Shown here piece by piece: positions 36,527 through 47,078 of a DNA stretch of 64,000 nt. The position numbers were made by a program, and so were the translations under genes. A model generated the notes under the pieces. That model was not told the DNA's origin and made no database searches. It saw nothing but the letters and a program-made list of their open reading frames with translations. Numbering within the stretch: position 1 is the stretch's first letter; every line of letters begins with the position of its first letter. The stretch spans positions 18,891 through 82,890 of the forward strand of contig JBFMDO010000025.1 of NCBI GenBank assembly GCA_040753615.1, given 5' to 3'. The stretch is from Nitrospirota bacterium. Lineage in GTDB: Bacteria > Nitrospirota > Thermodesulfovibrionia > Thermodesulfovibrionales > SM23-35.

Positions 36527-38482
36527 TTACCGCATACGTTTCTTTGTGTTGGGTAGCAGCCCCCCTGAGAGGATAATCTCTTTCTCACGATCATTTAGAT
36601 TAGAAGATACTTCAAATGTATAATTTTTTGTGAGGTTATATATCCTGTATTTCTGTTCGCCTGTTAATGATTTTTTAATATCTTCTATAATTAATTTGTC
36701 ACCTTGCTCACTTTTTTCATAATCATCCATGTTGTTAAATTGCATAGGGATGATGCCAAAGTTTATAAGGTTTGATCTGTGGATTCGTGCAAAAGATTTT
36801 GCAATCACTGCATGAATACCGAGGTGCATTGGCGCAATAGCAGCATGTTCTCTCGATGATCCCTGTCCATAATTTTCCCTGCCTAAAATAATGCCGCCTC
36901 CGCTTGCCTTTGCCTCCTTTGCCCTTTTACTGAATGTGCTGTCAATATTATGGAATACATATTCTGATATTGCAGGTATATTTGAGCGCAGCGGAAGTAT
37001 TGTGGAACCTGCTGGCATAATATCATCAGTCGTTATATTATCACCGAGCTTTAATAAAATCTCTGCTTCTATCTTGTCACCGAGAGGCTCTTTAACAGGC
37101 ACTTCCCTAATATTAGGACCTTTAATAACCTTAACATCATGCACATCCATTGGTGGTTTTATAAGCATGTTATCATTGATGATATATTTAGATGGTTCGC
37201 GGGGTATTGCTACGTTAATCCCTGACTTGCGAGGGTCAACTATCTTGCCTTTGACAGCAAAGACCGCACATGAGATGGCACTGGCAAGGTAGACAAAGGC
37301 ATCTTTGTTACCGCTCCTCCCCTTAAAGTTTCTGTTATATGACCTGATCGAAATCTGACCTGTTCCCGGAGAACCACCCATCCCGATACATGGACCACAT
37401 GAACATTCGAGTATCCTTGCACCTGCTGTTATCATATCTGACAGAAGTCCTTTCCTTGAAAGCATCTCATAAACCTGTTTAGAGCCGGGATTTATTAAAA
37501 GATTCACTCCCTTTGCAACTGTCCTACCTTTCAATATAGAAGCAACCAACTTCATAGTCTGGTAAGATGAATTAGTGCAACTTCCTATGCAGATTTGATC
37601 AACCTTTGTGTCTGAGAGTTTCCTTATTGGCACAACATTGTCAGGGCTGTGGGGCTGTGCGGTCAGGGGTTCTATAGAACTTAAATCTATCTCAAGGATT
37701 TCAGAATATTCTGCATCCTTATCTGCCTGTAATTCGAGCCATGCTGACTTCCTTCCCTGTGCCTTCAGAAAATATTTTGTTCTTTCATCACTCGGAAATA
37801 TTGATGTTGTTGCGCCGAGTTCTGCCCCCATATTTGTGATAGTAGCCCGTTCTGTTACTCCTAAATCTTTTACCCCGGGACCTCCATATTCAAGAATCCT
37901 ACCAACTCCTCCTTTAACTGTAAGCCTTCTAAGGATTTCTAATATCACGTCCATTGCAGTAACCCATGGACTTTTCAGTCTGCCTGTCAGTTTTATGAGC
38001 ATGACCTGTGGCATGTTAATTTCAAAAGGAACGCCTGCCATAACAGTTGCAGCATCTAAACCACCAACGCCTATTGCTATCATGCCTATGCCCCCTCCTG
38101 TAGGGGTATGGCTATCTGTTCCGAGGGCGATTTTCCCGGGAGCAGCGAATCTTTCAAGATGTATCTGATGGCTTATACCATTGCCGGGTCTTGAGAAATA
38201 TGCACCGTATCTTGCAGCTACGGTTTCGAGAAAGCGGTGGTCATCGGGATTCATATAATTTGACTGGATCATGTTGTGATCAACATAAGAGACTGCGAGA
38301 GGCACTTTTATTCTGTTAATTCCTATTGCCTCAAACTGCAGCCATGTCATTGTGCCTGTAGCATCCTGTGTGTAAACCTGATCTACTTTTAATCCAACAG
38401 GAGTGCCCGATTTGAGATTACCATAAACCTTATGTGCTTCTAATATCTTTTCTGTTATATTTTTCCCCAATGTTCCCTCCAA
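36527..38482 (-). CDS. aconitate hydratase (short, Aquifex-type aconitase family)
   Basis: Fe-S ligands CIGSCTNSS and CSCGPCIGMG; swivel domain with GRENYGQGSSREHAA; 651 aa. Confidence 0.85.
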   Translation of the reverse strand: MEGTLGKNITEKILEAHKVYGNLKSGTPVGLKVDQVYTQDATGTMTWLQFEAIGINRIKVPLAVSYVDHNMIQSNYMNPDDHRFLETVAARYGAYFSRPGNGISHQIHLERFAAPGKIALGTDSHTPTGGGIGMIAIGVGGLDAATVMAGVPFEINMPQVMLIKLTGRLKSPWVTAMDVILEILRRLTVKGGVGRILEYGGPGVKDLGVTERATITNMGAELGATTSIFPSDERTKYFLKAQGRKSAWLELQADKDAEYSEILEIDLSSIEPLTAQPHSPDNVVPIRKLSDTKVDQICIGSCTNSSYQTMKLVASILKGRTVAKGVNLLINPGSKQVYEMLSRKGLLSDMITAGARILECSCGPCIGMGGSPGTGQISIRSYNRNFKGRSGNKDAFVYLASAISCAVFAVKGKIVDPRKSGINVAIPREPSKYIINDNMLIKPPMDVHDVKVIKGPNIREVPVKEPLGDKIEAEILLKLGDNITTDDIMPAGSTILPLRSNIPAISEYVFHNIDSTFSKRAKEAKASGGGIILGRENYGQGSSREHAAIAPMHLGIHAVIAKSFARIHRSNLINFGIIPMQFNNMDDYEKSEQGDKLIIEDIKKSLTGEQKYRIYNLTKNYTFEVSSNLNDREKEIILSGGLLPNTKKRMR

Positions 38483-38616
38483 TGTGAGTAATATTTATAA
38501 TGCAGACATTATTCAAAAATTTAACATACTATCTAAACTGAAATCCAAACCAAGCTGAAAAAACCTAAAGAAAATTATGTTAAAATAGCAAAACCAAAAT
38601 AACAAGGGGGGGTGTG

Positions 38617-39873
38617 ATGCATTTTTTTCAATACCGTTCAGGTGAACTATATGCAGAAGGAGTACCGGTCAAAAAACTTGCTGAAAAATATGGCACTCCC
38701 TTATATATCTATAGCTATAAAACTCTCTTGAGACACTTTAAGGTTTATGACGATGCATTTAATGATTTCCCGCATATAATTTGTTTTGCTGTTAAGGCTA
38801 ATTCAAATACTGCAATCCTCAGATTATTCGCAAAGAATGGCGGAGGGGCTGACATTGTCTCCGGGGGGGAACTTTATCTTGCATTAAAGGCAGGGATATT
38901 GCCCAAAAAGATTGTTTATGCAGGTGTTGGAAAAACAGAAGCCGAGATAAGATTTGCCCTCAGATCAAAGATACTTATGTTTAATGTAGAATCCGAAGAT
39001 GAATTGAGAGAGATTGATAATATTGCAAGAAAAATGAAGACAAAGGCGCCTATTGCATTAAGGATTAACCCGGATATTGACCCTGAGACCCACCCTTATA
39101 TTGCAACAGGTCTTAAAAAACATAAATTCGGCATACCAATAGAAGATGCCCTCGAGTATTATAGACTCGCCACATCGCTTAAGAATGTCAATGTGATTGG
39201 TATCCACAAGCACATAGGCTCGCAGATAACAAAGATTTCTCCTTTTGTGGACGCCCTGAAAAGGATACTGCTCCTCGTGGATGAACTAAATGTTAAGGGT
39301 ATGGATATAAAATATCTTGATATTGGCGGAGGGCTTGGAATTTCCTATAAGGATGAGACACCGCCTGTCCCCGAAGATCTCGCAAAACACCTTATCCCTC
39401 TACTAAAGGGAAGGAAACTTACTCTTATTATGGAGCCGGGCAGATCTATAGTAGGCAATGCCGGTATACTTGTGACAAAGGTATTATATCTAAAAAAAGG
39501 CGAAGAAAAGGAATTTATTATTGTTGATGCAGGGATGAATGATCTGATAAGGCCGTCTTATTACAACGCATATCATCAAATCCTACCTATTATAAAGGAT
39601 GATAGGAAAAAGATTTTATGCGATGTTGTTGGACCGATATGTGAATCGAGCGATTTCCTTGCAAAGGACAGAGAGATTGGAAGAGTAAAGCACGGGGAAT
39701 ACCTTGCTGTTATGAGTGCAGGTGCATATGGATTTTCTATGAGTTCAAATTACAACAGCAGGACAAAGACTGCTGAAGTTATGGTGAAAGGCAGAGAGCA
39801 TTTTCTGATAAGGAAGCGGGAAACTTATAATGATCTCATAAGCCATGAGCGGGTTCCTGCGTTTTTAAAATGA
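38617..39873 (+). CDS. lysA: diaminopimelate decarboxylase
   Basis: PLP-lysine block ICFAVKANSN, plus GGGLGI and EPGRSIVGNAG motifs. Confidence 0.9.
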   Translation: MHFFQYRSGELYAEGVPVKKLAEKYGTPLYIYSYKTLLRHFKVYDDAFNDFPHIICFAVKANSNTAILRLFAKNGGGADIVSGGELYLALKAGILPKKIVYAGVGKTEAEIRFALRSKILMFNVESEDELREIDNIARKMKTKAPIALRINPDIDPETHPYIATGLKKHKFGIPIEDALEYYRLATSLKNVNVIGIHKHIGSQITKISPFVDALKRILLLVDELNVKGMDIKYLDIGGGLGISYKDETPPVPEDLAKHLIPLLKGRKLTLIMEPGRSIVGNAGILVTKVLYLKKGEEKEFIIVDAGMNDLIRPSYYNAYHQILPIIKDDRKKILCDVVGPICESSDFLAKDREIGRVKHGEYLAVMSAGAYGFSMSSNYNSRTKTAEVMVKGREHFLIRKRETYNDLISHERVPAFLK

Positions 39874-40757
39874 ATATACATTTTACTAAGATGCATGGTC
39901 TCGGCAATGACTTTATCCTTATAGATTGTATTAAACAAAAGTTAGGAGATCTTAGTTTAGAGATAGGAGATCTCAGTAAACGCTTGTGTGACAGACGGTT
40001 TGGCATAGGCGCTGATCAATTGCTTTTGCTTTATCCGTCAGAAATTGCAGATTTTAAGATGAGGATTTTTAATGCTGACGGCAGCGAGGTAGAGATGTGC
40101 GGTAATGGTATACGGTGCCTCGCTAAATATATATGGGATAAAAACCTTTCTGATAAAGATATCCTTAATATAGAAACCCTCGCAGGAATTGTTAAGCCTG
40201 AAAAAACAGGTGATATGGTAAAGGTTGATATGGGAGAGCCTATCTTCGAACCTGAAAAGATACCAGTAAAAGTCCAGGAGTCAGGAGTCAGAAGTCAGAA
40301 GTCAAAAGTCAAAAGTCAAAAATCTCAAATCTCAAATTTGGTCATTGATTACCCCTTGAAAATAGAGGATAAAGAATTTAAAATAACATGTGTTTCAATG
40401 GGAAATCCCCATGCAGTTATAATAATTGATGATCTTTCTAATTTCTCCGTATCACATTATGGACCTAAGATAGAAACTCATCCTATATTTCCAAAGAAAA
40501 TTAATGTAGAATTCATTGAGATAATTTCAGATTCAGAAATAAAAATGCGAGTCTGGGAAAGAGGCTCAGGTGAAACAATGGCTTGTGGTACAGGTGCATC
40601 AGCCTCTGCTGTAGCAGCGAATATTAAAGGTCTTGCTGAGAAAAAAGTGACTGTCCACCTCCGTGGAGGAGACCTTTTTATAGAGTGGGCTGATAACAAT
40701 CATATATATATGACCGGCCCGACAACAGAGGTCTTTGAAGGGGTAATAAAAATATAA
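39870..40757 (+). CDS. dapF: diaminopimelate epimerase carrying an in-frame repeat-encoded insert
   Basis: Catalytic Cys blocks EMCGNGIRC and MACGTGASA, plus VSMGNPHAV. The insert ..QESGVRSQKSKVKSQKSQISN.. is encoded by heptamer repeats. Confidence 0.9.
   Translation: MNIHFTKMHGLGNDFILIDCIKQKLGDLSLEIGDLSKRLCDRRFGIGADQLLLLYPSEIADFKMRIFNADGSEVEMCGNGIRCLAKYIWDKNLSDKDILNIETLAGIVKPEKTGDMVKVDMGEPIFEPEKIPVKVQESGVRSQKSKVKSQKSQISNLVIDYPLKIEDKEFKITCVSMGNPHAVIIIDDLSNFSVSHYGPKIETHPIFPKKINVEFIEIISDSEIKMRVWERGSGETMACGTGASASAVAANIKGLAEKKVTVHLRGGDLFIEWADNNHIYMTGPTTEVFEGVIKI
40271..40340 (+). repeat. ten degenerate heptanucleotide units inside dapF
   Basis: agtccag gagtcag gagtcag aagtcag aagtcaa aagtcaa aagtcaa aaatctc aaatctc aaatttg, counted base by base. 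Confidence 0.85.
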
Positions 40758-40782
40758 AATTATAAGGAAGGGAAAGGGGAAT

Positions 40783-41076
40783 ATGTTGCCAGAAGACAAT
40801 TTACGCAGGCACGAAAGGATGCCATTTGCTTCAAATGTGGCATATTCAGTAACAGTCATGGATTTTAAGCAGTTAGAGAATATCCGCGATACTGCTATTT
40901 CTGTTGATATAAGTGATGGTGGTTTGGGAATGATAACAGGTTATCCCCTCGAGAAGGGGCATGTACTGACTTTTATAGATATGATAAAGACAAAAAACAT
41001 TAATCCCAAGGTTGCTATTGTAAAATGGATATGGAAGATTGATAATAAGTATCGGGTTGGAGTCAAATTTGTATAA
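40783..41076 (+). CDS. stand-alone PilZ-domain protein (c-di-GMP receptor type)
   Basis: RRHER (RxxxR) and DISDGGLGM (D/NxSxxG) motifs; 97 aa. Confidence 0.8.
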   Translation: MLPEDNLRRHERMPFASNVAYSVTVMDFKQLENIRDTAISVDISDGGLGMITGYPLEKGHVLTFIDMIKTKNINPKVAIVKWIWKIDNKYRVGVKFV

Positions 41077-41101
41077 ACAAAAAAACAAAAAGGGGGCAGC
41101 C

Positions 41102-41974
41102 ATGTTTAAAGGTTCAATAGTTGCAATTGTCACACCTTTTAAAAAAGGGAAGATTGATGAAAAGGCACTCGGTGATTTAATCGAGTGGCATATTGCACAG
41201 GGGGCCAATGCTATAGTGCCATGCGGCACTACAGGTGAATCTGCAACACTTGATTATAAAGAGCATTACAGGGTTGTTGATTTTACAATAAGAACCGTTA
41301 ATAAGAGAGTTCCTGTTATTGCAGGGACAGGCGCAAATGCTACTGATGAAACTATTATGATAACAAAACATGCCCAAAAATCAGGCGCAGATGCAGCATT
41401 GCTTGTATCGCCATATTACAACAAGCCGACTCAAGAAGGTCTTTACAGGCATTATAAAGCAGTTGCAGAAGAAGTTGATATTCCTATAGTTTTATACAAT
41501 GTCCCGGGCAGGACAGCAGTGAATATACTGCCAGCAACAGTTGCCCGCCTCGCTGAGATAAAAAACATCGTTGCAATCAAAGAAGCTTCAGGAGACATGA
41601 AGCAGGTAAGCGAGATCATAAGGCTTTGCAGCGATAAAATAACCGTTATCTCAGGAGATGATTTTACAACATTGCCTCTTCTTGCCCTCGGTGGTAAAGG
41701 CGTGATATCTGTTTCTGCAAATGTTATGCCTAAAGAGGTTTCTATTATGTGTTCTTTATGGTTGAAAGGCCAATATGATAAGGCAAGGGAGATACATTTT
41801 AAACTTGAGCCTCTAAATGCAGCAATGTTCATTGAGACAAATCCGATACCTGTTAAAACAGCACTCGCTATGATGGGTAAGATACAGGAAGAATTCAGGC
41901 TTCCTCTCTGTGAGATGTCACAGCCAAATAAAGAAAAGCTGAGAAAAGTTCTGGCAGATCTAAAACTGGTTTAA
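41102..41974 (+). CDS. dapA: 4-hydroxy-tetrahydrodipicolinate synthase
   Basis: MFKGSIVAIVTPF, CGTTGES, YNVPGRT and the active-site Lys in VAIKEASG. ATG at 41102 preferred. Confidence 0.9.
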   Translation: MFKGSIVAIVTPFKKGKIDEKALGDLIEWHIAQGANAIVPCGTTGESATLDYKEHYRVVDFTIRTVNKRVPVIAGTGANATDETIMITKHAQKSGADAALLVSPYYNKPTQEGLYRHYKAVAEEVDIPIVLYNVPGRTAVNILPATVARLAEIKNIVAIKEASGDMKQVSEIIRLCSDKITVISGDDFTTLPLLALGGKGVISVSANVMPKEVSIMCSLWLKGQYDKAREIHFKLEPLNAAMFIETNPIPVKTALAMMGKIQEEFRLPLCEMSQPNKEKLRKVLADLKLV

Positions 41975-42676
41975 AATATGCCTTTTTAAGGTCTCGATAT
42001 CCAGGTTTTTTACTACAGCCTTTTCGATGGTGCTGCTTTCTAAATCTTTTAGATAGGGGAAAATTCCTATAATTGGAACAGGGCTGATCTGTCTGATAAT
42101 ATCAGGATTACTTTCTTCAGCGAGGGTTTCATGAGGAGGGTGGCTATAATTTATGATGATGCCTGCAACTGGGAGTCTCTCTTTTAGTGCATAATTGACT
42201 GTGAGCATTGTGTGATTGATTGTACCAATAGAAGGTCTTGAAACAATTATGATCGGCAATCCGAAATCTCTCGCAAGGTCGATCACAAAGTAATCTCTTC
42301 TAATAGGAACAAGCAGTCCGCCGATTCCTTCAACTATAACTGCGTCATATTTTTTTGAAAGATTCACATATGCCTTTTTTATCTTTTTTAAGTTGATAGG
42401 CACACCTTCTATTTCAGATGCAGGTAATGGTGCGAGAGGGTTTTCAAGGCAGCATGGGGTAATGTCCATCAGGCTCTCTTCCATGTGTGCAATTGCTTTT
42501 ATAAACATACCATCTAAAGGGATAAGTACATCTCCTTCCTTTATACATCCTGTTTCTATCGGCTTCATTCCACACGCCCTGAGTCCAAGCAACCCAATAG
42601 CCTTAATCAGGGCGCCGGTTATGACTGTTTTCCCGACTCCTGTATCAGTGCCTGTTATGAAAAAACCTTTTGGCAT
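41960..42676 (-). CDS. bioD: dethiobiotin synthetase
   Basis: FFITGTDTGVGKTVITGAL P-loop and EGIGGLLVP. Its 3' end overlaps dapA by 15 nt (convergent). Confidence 0.9.
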   Translation of the reverse strand: MPKGFFITGTDTGVGKTVITGALIKAIGLLGLRACGMKPIETGCIKEGDVLIPLDGMFIKAIAHMEESLMDITPCCLENPLAPLPASEIEGVPINLKKIKKAYVNLSKKYDAVIVEGIGGLLVPIRRDYFVIDLARDFGLPIIIVSRPSIGTINHTMLTVNYALKERLPVAGIIINYSHPPHETLAEESNPDIIRQISPVPIIGIFPYLKDLESSTIEKAVVKNLDIETLKRHILNQF

Positions 42677-42694
42677 AATTCGACTTGCTCATTA

Positions 42695-43828
42695 TCAATA
42701 GTAAGCATTAAGTGATTCTATCAATTTTTCGATATCCTCATCAGTATGTGCTGCGGTGACAGTTATTCTTATCCTTGCTTGCTTTACAGTAGGTGGTCTG
42801 ATGGATGGTGCATAAATGCCTTTTTTAAAGAGATGCCTTGAAATACGCATTGTATTTTCTGTGCTTTCTGTTTTAATAGGTATTATTGGAGTCTCGCTTT
42901 CCATAATATCATACCCTGCATTTTTAATGCAGTAAGCAGCTTTATTTCTATTTTCCCAGAGTTTTTTGATTAATTCAGGAGTATTTTTTATTAACTCCAT
43001 GGCAGCTATAGATGCAGCGATAACACATGAAGGAAGGGCTGTGGAGAATATAAAGCTTCTGGCGGTATTTACTATCCACTCGATGGTATCTTTACTGCCA
43101 GTAACAAACGCGCCAAAAGAACCAAAGGCTTTAGAGAATGTGCCCATCTGAATAATCCATTGTTCGGGTTTTATATTAAAATGAGCAAGTGATCCTCTCC
43201 CATTACCCAGAACACCGGTGCCATGCGCATCGTCAATATAGAGTATTGCTTTCTTTTTTCTACATATATCATAAATATAATCTAAAGGGGCTATATCTCC
43301 GTCCATACTAAAAACAGTATCTGTTATAACGATCTTTTTCGTAGCATCTTGTTTTTCTATTAAATCCTCCAGATGTGATAAATCTTTATGCCTGTATATA
43401 AGGGTCTTTGCCTTACTCAGCCGGCATCCGTCTATGATACTTGCGTGATTAAGCTCATCGCTGAATATTACAGCATCCTTATCAGCAATAGCAGAAATTA
43501 TCCCTGTATTTGCAGCATAACCTGAATTAAATACAAGGGCAGATTTTGTTTTTTTGAATTGTGCAATCTTATCTTCAAGTTCCTTGTGCAAGTTGCTTCC
43601 GCCACCAAGGAGTCTCGATGCAGCCGAGCCATAACCATAATCTGTTAGAACCCTTTTAACTTTGTCAATTATATAGGGATGGTTTGCAATGCCAAGATAA
43701 TCATTTGATGAGAAGTTTATATATTCCTTTCCGTTAAATTTTATTCTCGGTCCTTGAGGAGATGCCCTGTCTTTTATATAGCGGAAGAGGTTATTTTCCT
43801 TTAATACCTTGATTTTTTCAGAAAACAT
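42695..43828 (-). CDS. bioF: 8-amino-7-oxononanoate synthase
   Basis: Alpha-oxoamine synthase pattern: DDAHGTGVLG and PLP-lysine TFSKAFGSFGA. Confidence 0.9.
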   Translation of the reverse strand: MFSEKIKVLKENNLFRYIKDRASPQGPRIKFNGKEYINFSSNDYLGIANHPYIIDKVKRVLTDYGYGSAASRLLGGGSNLHKELEDKIAQFKKTKSALVFNSGYAANTGIISAIADKDAVIFSDELNHASIIDGCRLSKAKTLIYRHKDLSHLEDLIEKQDATKKIVITDTVFSMDGDIAPLDYIYDICRKKKAILYIDDAHGTGVLGNGRGSLAHFNIKPEQWIIQMGTFSKAFGSFGAFVTGSKDTIEWIVNTARSFIFSTALPSCVIAASIAAMELIKNTPELIKKLWENRNKAAYCIKNAGYDIMESETPIIPIKTESTENTMRISRHLFKKGIYAPSIRPPTVKQARIRITVTAAHTDEDIEKLIESLNAYY

Positions 43829-43914
43829 AGGTGTATTTTAACACATTGAAATAATGCTACAAATTTTTGTGTGGCTAAATTCAAAAATTCTGAATTATGA
43901 AATGCAAAAACCTC

Positions 43915-43944
43915 TTGACAATTATTTTTGCCCTGTGGTATGCT
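43915..43944 (+). promoter_or_regulatory. candidate sigma70 promoter of the atpF'-atpC operon
   Basis: TTGACA (43915-43920), 18 nt, TATGCT (43939-43944). Lies 40 nt upstream of ATG 43985, which has a GGAAGGTG RBS. Confidence 0.5.
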
Positions 43945-43984
43945 GGTTTCGCTTTTCTAAAAACTACTTAACGGAAGGTGTAAT

Positions 43985-44404
43985 ATGCTGGAAATAAATT
44001 GGTCGTTTATTGTGCTGGCAATAAATTTTTTTATCCTGCTTTTCATTTTAAATATTATCCTCTTTAGACCCCTGCTCAAGATTTTCAAGGAAAGAGAAGA
44101 TACGGTTAAGGATTCTCTTGAGGCTGTTAAGGAGATGAATGCCAAGAAGGAAGAAAACATCTCGAATTTGAACCGTGAACGTGCTGAGGCAAGGAGCAAA
44201 TCAAAGGAATTATTCGAGTCACTTAAAGGTGAAGGTCTTCAAAAGCAAAATGAGGTTCTTTCTGCAGCAAGGGCAGAAGCTACTGCTATGATCGAAAAAG
44301 CGATGTCAGAGATCAGGAGTGAGGCTGAGAAGGCAAAAAAAGCATTAAGGGCTGATGTTGAAAAATTCTCAGACGAGATTGTAAGAAAGTTGGTGGGTGT
44401 ATGA
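43985..44404 (+). CDS. atpF: F0F1 ATP synthase subunit b'
   Basis: Single N-terminal TM helix followed by a long charged helix. First of two tandem b-type genes. Confidence 0.75.
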   Translation: MLEINWSFIVLAINFFILLFILNIILFRPLLKIFKEREDTVKDSLEAVKEMNAKKEENISNLNRERAEARSKSKELFESLKGEGLQKQNEVLSAARAEATAMIEKAMSEIRSEAEKAKKALRADVEKFSDEIVRKLVGV

Positions 44405-45003
44405 GACGAATAAAAAATCCGAAATTAAAAATTAAAAGTTTTCTGACAGTCTTTACTGTCTGTATTATGAGTTTTGCTATTGCATCGGTTGTTTTTGCCA
44501 GTGGTGGAGAAGAGTCGCACACTCCCTTATGGAAGGACTATTTGTGGAAGATCATCAATTTTGGGATACTGGTTATCATCCTTTATGTATTTGCAAGAAA
44601 GCCCCTGCAGTCTTTTCTTAAGAACAGAAGCGAAACAATAGAAAAGACCCTCAAGGAAGCCAAGGATGCAAAAGAGCTTGCGAAGAAGGCATTAGCGGAG
44701 GTTGAAGAAAAGCTTAAGTTAAAAGATAAAGAGATAGAGCAGATATTATCGGCAGCAAAGCGTTCAGGCGAAGAAGATCGCGAGAGGATTATAAATGAAA
44801 GCTATATTCTAAAGGAAAAGATATTAGAACAGGCAAAGACAAATATAGAATATGAAGTGAAACATGCAAAAGAGGCGATAAAGGCAGAGGCTGTTGAATT
44901 AGCTATGGAGCTTGCAGAGAAGAAGCTGAAAGAGAAATTAACAAAAGCAGAACAGGAAAAACTTTTAGAAGATTCTCTCGCAAAGATAGGAGGCAAAGGT
45001 TGA
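44401..45003 (+). CDS. atpF: F0F1 ATP synthase subunit b
   Basis: TM helix plus a charged coiled helix. ATGA overlap with b'. Confidence 0.75.
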   Translation: MRRIKNPKLKIKSFLTVFTVCIMSFAIASVVFASGGEESHTPLWKDYLWKIINFGILVIILYVFARKPLQSFLKNRSETIEKTLKEAKDAKELAKKALAEVEEKLKLKDKEIEQILSAAKRSGEEDRERIINESYILKEKILEQAKTNIEYEVKHAKEAIKAEAVELAMELAEKKLKEKLTKAEQEKLLEDSLAKIGGKG

Positions 45004-45539
45004 AACAGTTTAAGGAAGCAAACAGATATGGAAAAGCGCTTCTGAGAAACGTCGGCATTGAAAATGCTCCTCATGCTCTCGGAGAAATTGCTATGTTTAA
45101 TGATCTTATGGTCAAAAGCAAAGAATTCAAAAGCCTGCTCGTAAATCCCCAGTTTACGACAGACGAGAGGGCAAAGGTTTTTAAGGCGATTGCTGAAAAA
45201 ATGAAAATCTCCGAAGCTACGGTTAAATTTATTCTTCACCTCTCAGAACTGGGCATAGTTATTTATCTTGCCCAGATACTCAGGGTTGCTGTCAATCTCT
45301 ACCTCGAGAAGCAGAGGCGGGCAAAGGCAGTTGTAATGACGCCAATAGAGATTACAAAAGGGCAGGAAGGCAAACTGAAAACATCCCTGATGAAGCTTAC
45401 CAACAGGGATGTTGATATAGAGTATGTGATAGACCCTTCTCTTCTTGGCGGGGTTCTCGTCAAGATTGGAAGCACTATGTATGATACCAGCATAAAGAGC
45501 CAGTTAAGGCTTTTAAAAGATGAGCTTATAAAGGGGTGA
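45000..45539 (+). CDS. atpH: F0F1 ATP synthase subunit delta (OSCP)
   Basis: Position between b and alpha. OSCP-like C-terminus [29 protein letters not shown] start overlapping the stop of b. Confidence 0.8.
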   Translation: MKQFKEANRYGKALLRNVGIENAPHALGEIAMFNDLMVKSKEFKSLLVNPQFTTDERAKVFKAIAEKMKISEATVKFILHLSELGIVIYLAQILRVAVNLYLEKQRRAKAVVMTPIEITKGQEGKLKTSLMKLTNRDVDIEYVIDPSLLGGVLVKIGSTMYDTSIKSQLRLLKDELIKG

Positions 45540-45543
45540 CATT

Positions 45544-47055
45544 ATGCCAGAAATTAAGACAGAAGAAATAAGTGAGCTTCTAAGGAAGCAGATTACAGAC
45601 TTTGAGAAGAAAGTTGACGTCAGCGAAATAGGCACAGTTACATACATCGGTGACGGTGTTGCAAAGATCTATGGTCTTGAGAACTGTATGGCTTCAGAAC
45701 TTCTTGAATTCCCGAACGGTGTTTTCGGTATGGCGTTGAACCTTGAAGATGAGTCTGTCGGAGCTGTTCTTTTCGGTGAGGACAAACTTGTTAAGGAAGG
45801 CGATATCGTAAAACGTACTGGGAAGGTTATGGAAGTCCCGGTAGGTCCTGAACTCAGGGGTAGAGTAGTCAATGCTATCGGACAGCCAATTGACGGCAAA
45901 GGGCCAATTAATGCAAAACAGACTCGAAGGGTTGAACTTGTTGCGCCGGGTATTATTAGAAGGAAACCGGTTCACGAGCCACTCCAAACCGGTATAAAAG
46001 CTATCGACGCCATGATCCCTATCGGAAGGGGACAGCGAGAGCTTTGTATCGGCGACCGCCAGATTGGAAAGACCGCAATCCTTGTTGATACCATCATCAA
46101 CCAAAAGGGCGGAGATGTTACCTGCATCTATGTCGCAGTCGGCCAGCGCCGTCCGGCAGTTGTTAATACAGTCAAAAAACTTGAAGAAATGGGTGCGTTA
46201 GAGCACACAATTGTTGTTGTTGCAACAGCGAGTGAGCCCGCACCAATGCAATATATAGCGCCATATGTTGGATGCACAATGGGAGAATATTTCAGGGACA
46301 ACGGACAACATGCATTTATCGCATATGATGACCTTACCAAGCAGGCGCAGGCATACAGGCAGCTTTCCCTGATCCTGAGACGCCCGCCTTCACGTGAAGC
46401 ATATCCCGGAGACGTTTTCTATCTCCATTCGAGGCTGCTCGAAAGGGCGGCAAAGATGAGCGATGCAATGGGCGCTGGTTCACTGACTGCTATCCCAGTA
46501 ATTGAAACCCAAGCAGGTGACGTTTCCGGTTATATCCCAACAAACGTCATCTCTATTACTGACGGCCAGATTTATCTTGAGCCAGAACTTTTCTACGGAG
46601 GTATCAGGCCAGCAGTTAACGCAGGTCTTTCAGTCAGCCGTGTCGGCGGCGCAGCACAGATTAAGGCTATGAAACAGATAGCTGGCATGCTTAGGCTCGA
46701 TCTTGCGCAGTTCAGAGAGCTTGCTGCCTTCGCGCAGTTTGCATCAGACCTGGATAAAGCTACCCTTGCGCAGATTGAAAGAGGAAAAAGGATGGTTGAA
46801 CTCCTGAAACAGGATCAGTTTGTTCCGATGTCTGTTGATGACCAGATTATTGTTATCTATGCTGGAACACAGGGATTCCTTGATGACCTGCCACTTGAAG
46901 CAATCAGGCCTTTTGAGGAAGGATTACTAAGATATATCAGGTCTGAAAAACAGGCACTTAAAAAAGAGATTATGGAGAAGAAGGTGTTGGACGATGGCAT
47001 AAAAGCCAAGATCAGCGAGGCAATTGCAACATTTAAGAAGACCTTCTCGGCATAA
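45544..47055 (+). CDS. atpA: F0F1 ATP synthase subunit alpha
   Basis: Walker A GDRQIGKT; 503 aa. Confidence 0.97.
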   Translation: MPEIKTEEISELLRKQITDFEKKVDVSEIGTVTYIGDGVAKIYGLENCMASELLEFPNGVFGMALNLEDESVGAVLFGEDKLVKEGDIVKRTGKVMEVPVGPELRGRVVNAIGQPIDGKGPINAKQTRRVELVAPGIIRRKPVHEPLQTGIKAIDAMIPIGRGQRELCIGDRQIGKTAILVDTIINQKGGDVTCIYVAVGQRRPAVVNTVKKLEEMGALEHTIVVVATASEPAPMQYIAPYVGCTMGEYFRDNGQHAFIAYDDLTKQAQAYRQLSLILRRPPSREAYPGDVFYLHSRLLERAAKMSDAMGAGSLTAIPVIETQAGDVSGYIPTNVISITDGQIYLEPELFYGGIRPAVNAGLSVSRVGGAAQIKAMKQIAGMLRLDLAQFRELAAFAQFASDLDKATLAQIERGKRMVELLKQDQFVPMSVDDQIIVIYAGTQGFLDDLPLEAIRPFEEGLLRYIRSEKQALKKEIMEKKVLDDGIKAKISEAIATFKKTFSA

Positions 47056-47078
47056 TATGTGCGGATAGGAGACCATAA

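Noticed and set aside
36891-38168. ORFs 36891-37292 and 37608-38168 on the + strand
   Set aside because: Antisense to the aconitase gene, which has clear Fe-S ligand motifs.
38483-38616. Lysine riboswitch upstream of lysA
   Set aside because: The leader is only ~130 nt, is AT-rich, and lacks the conserved L-box helices and motifs.
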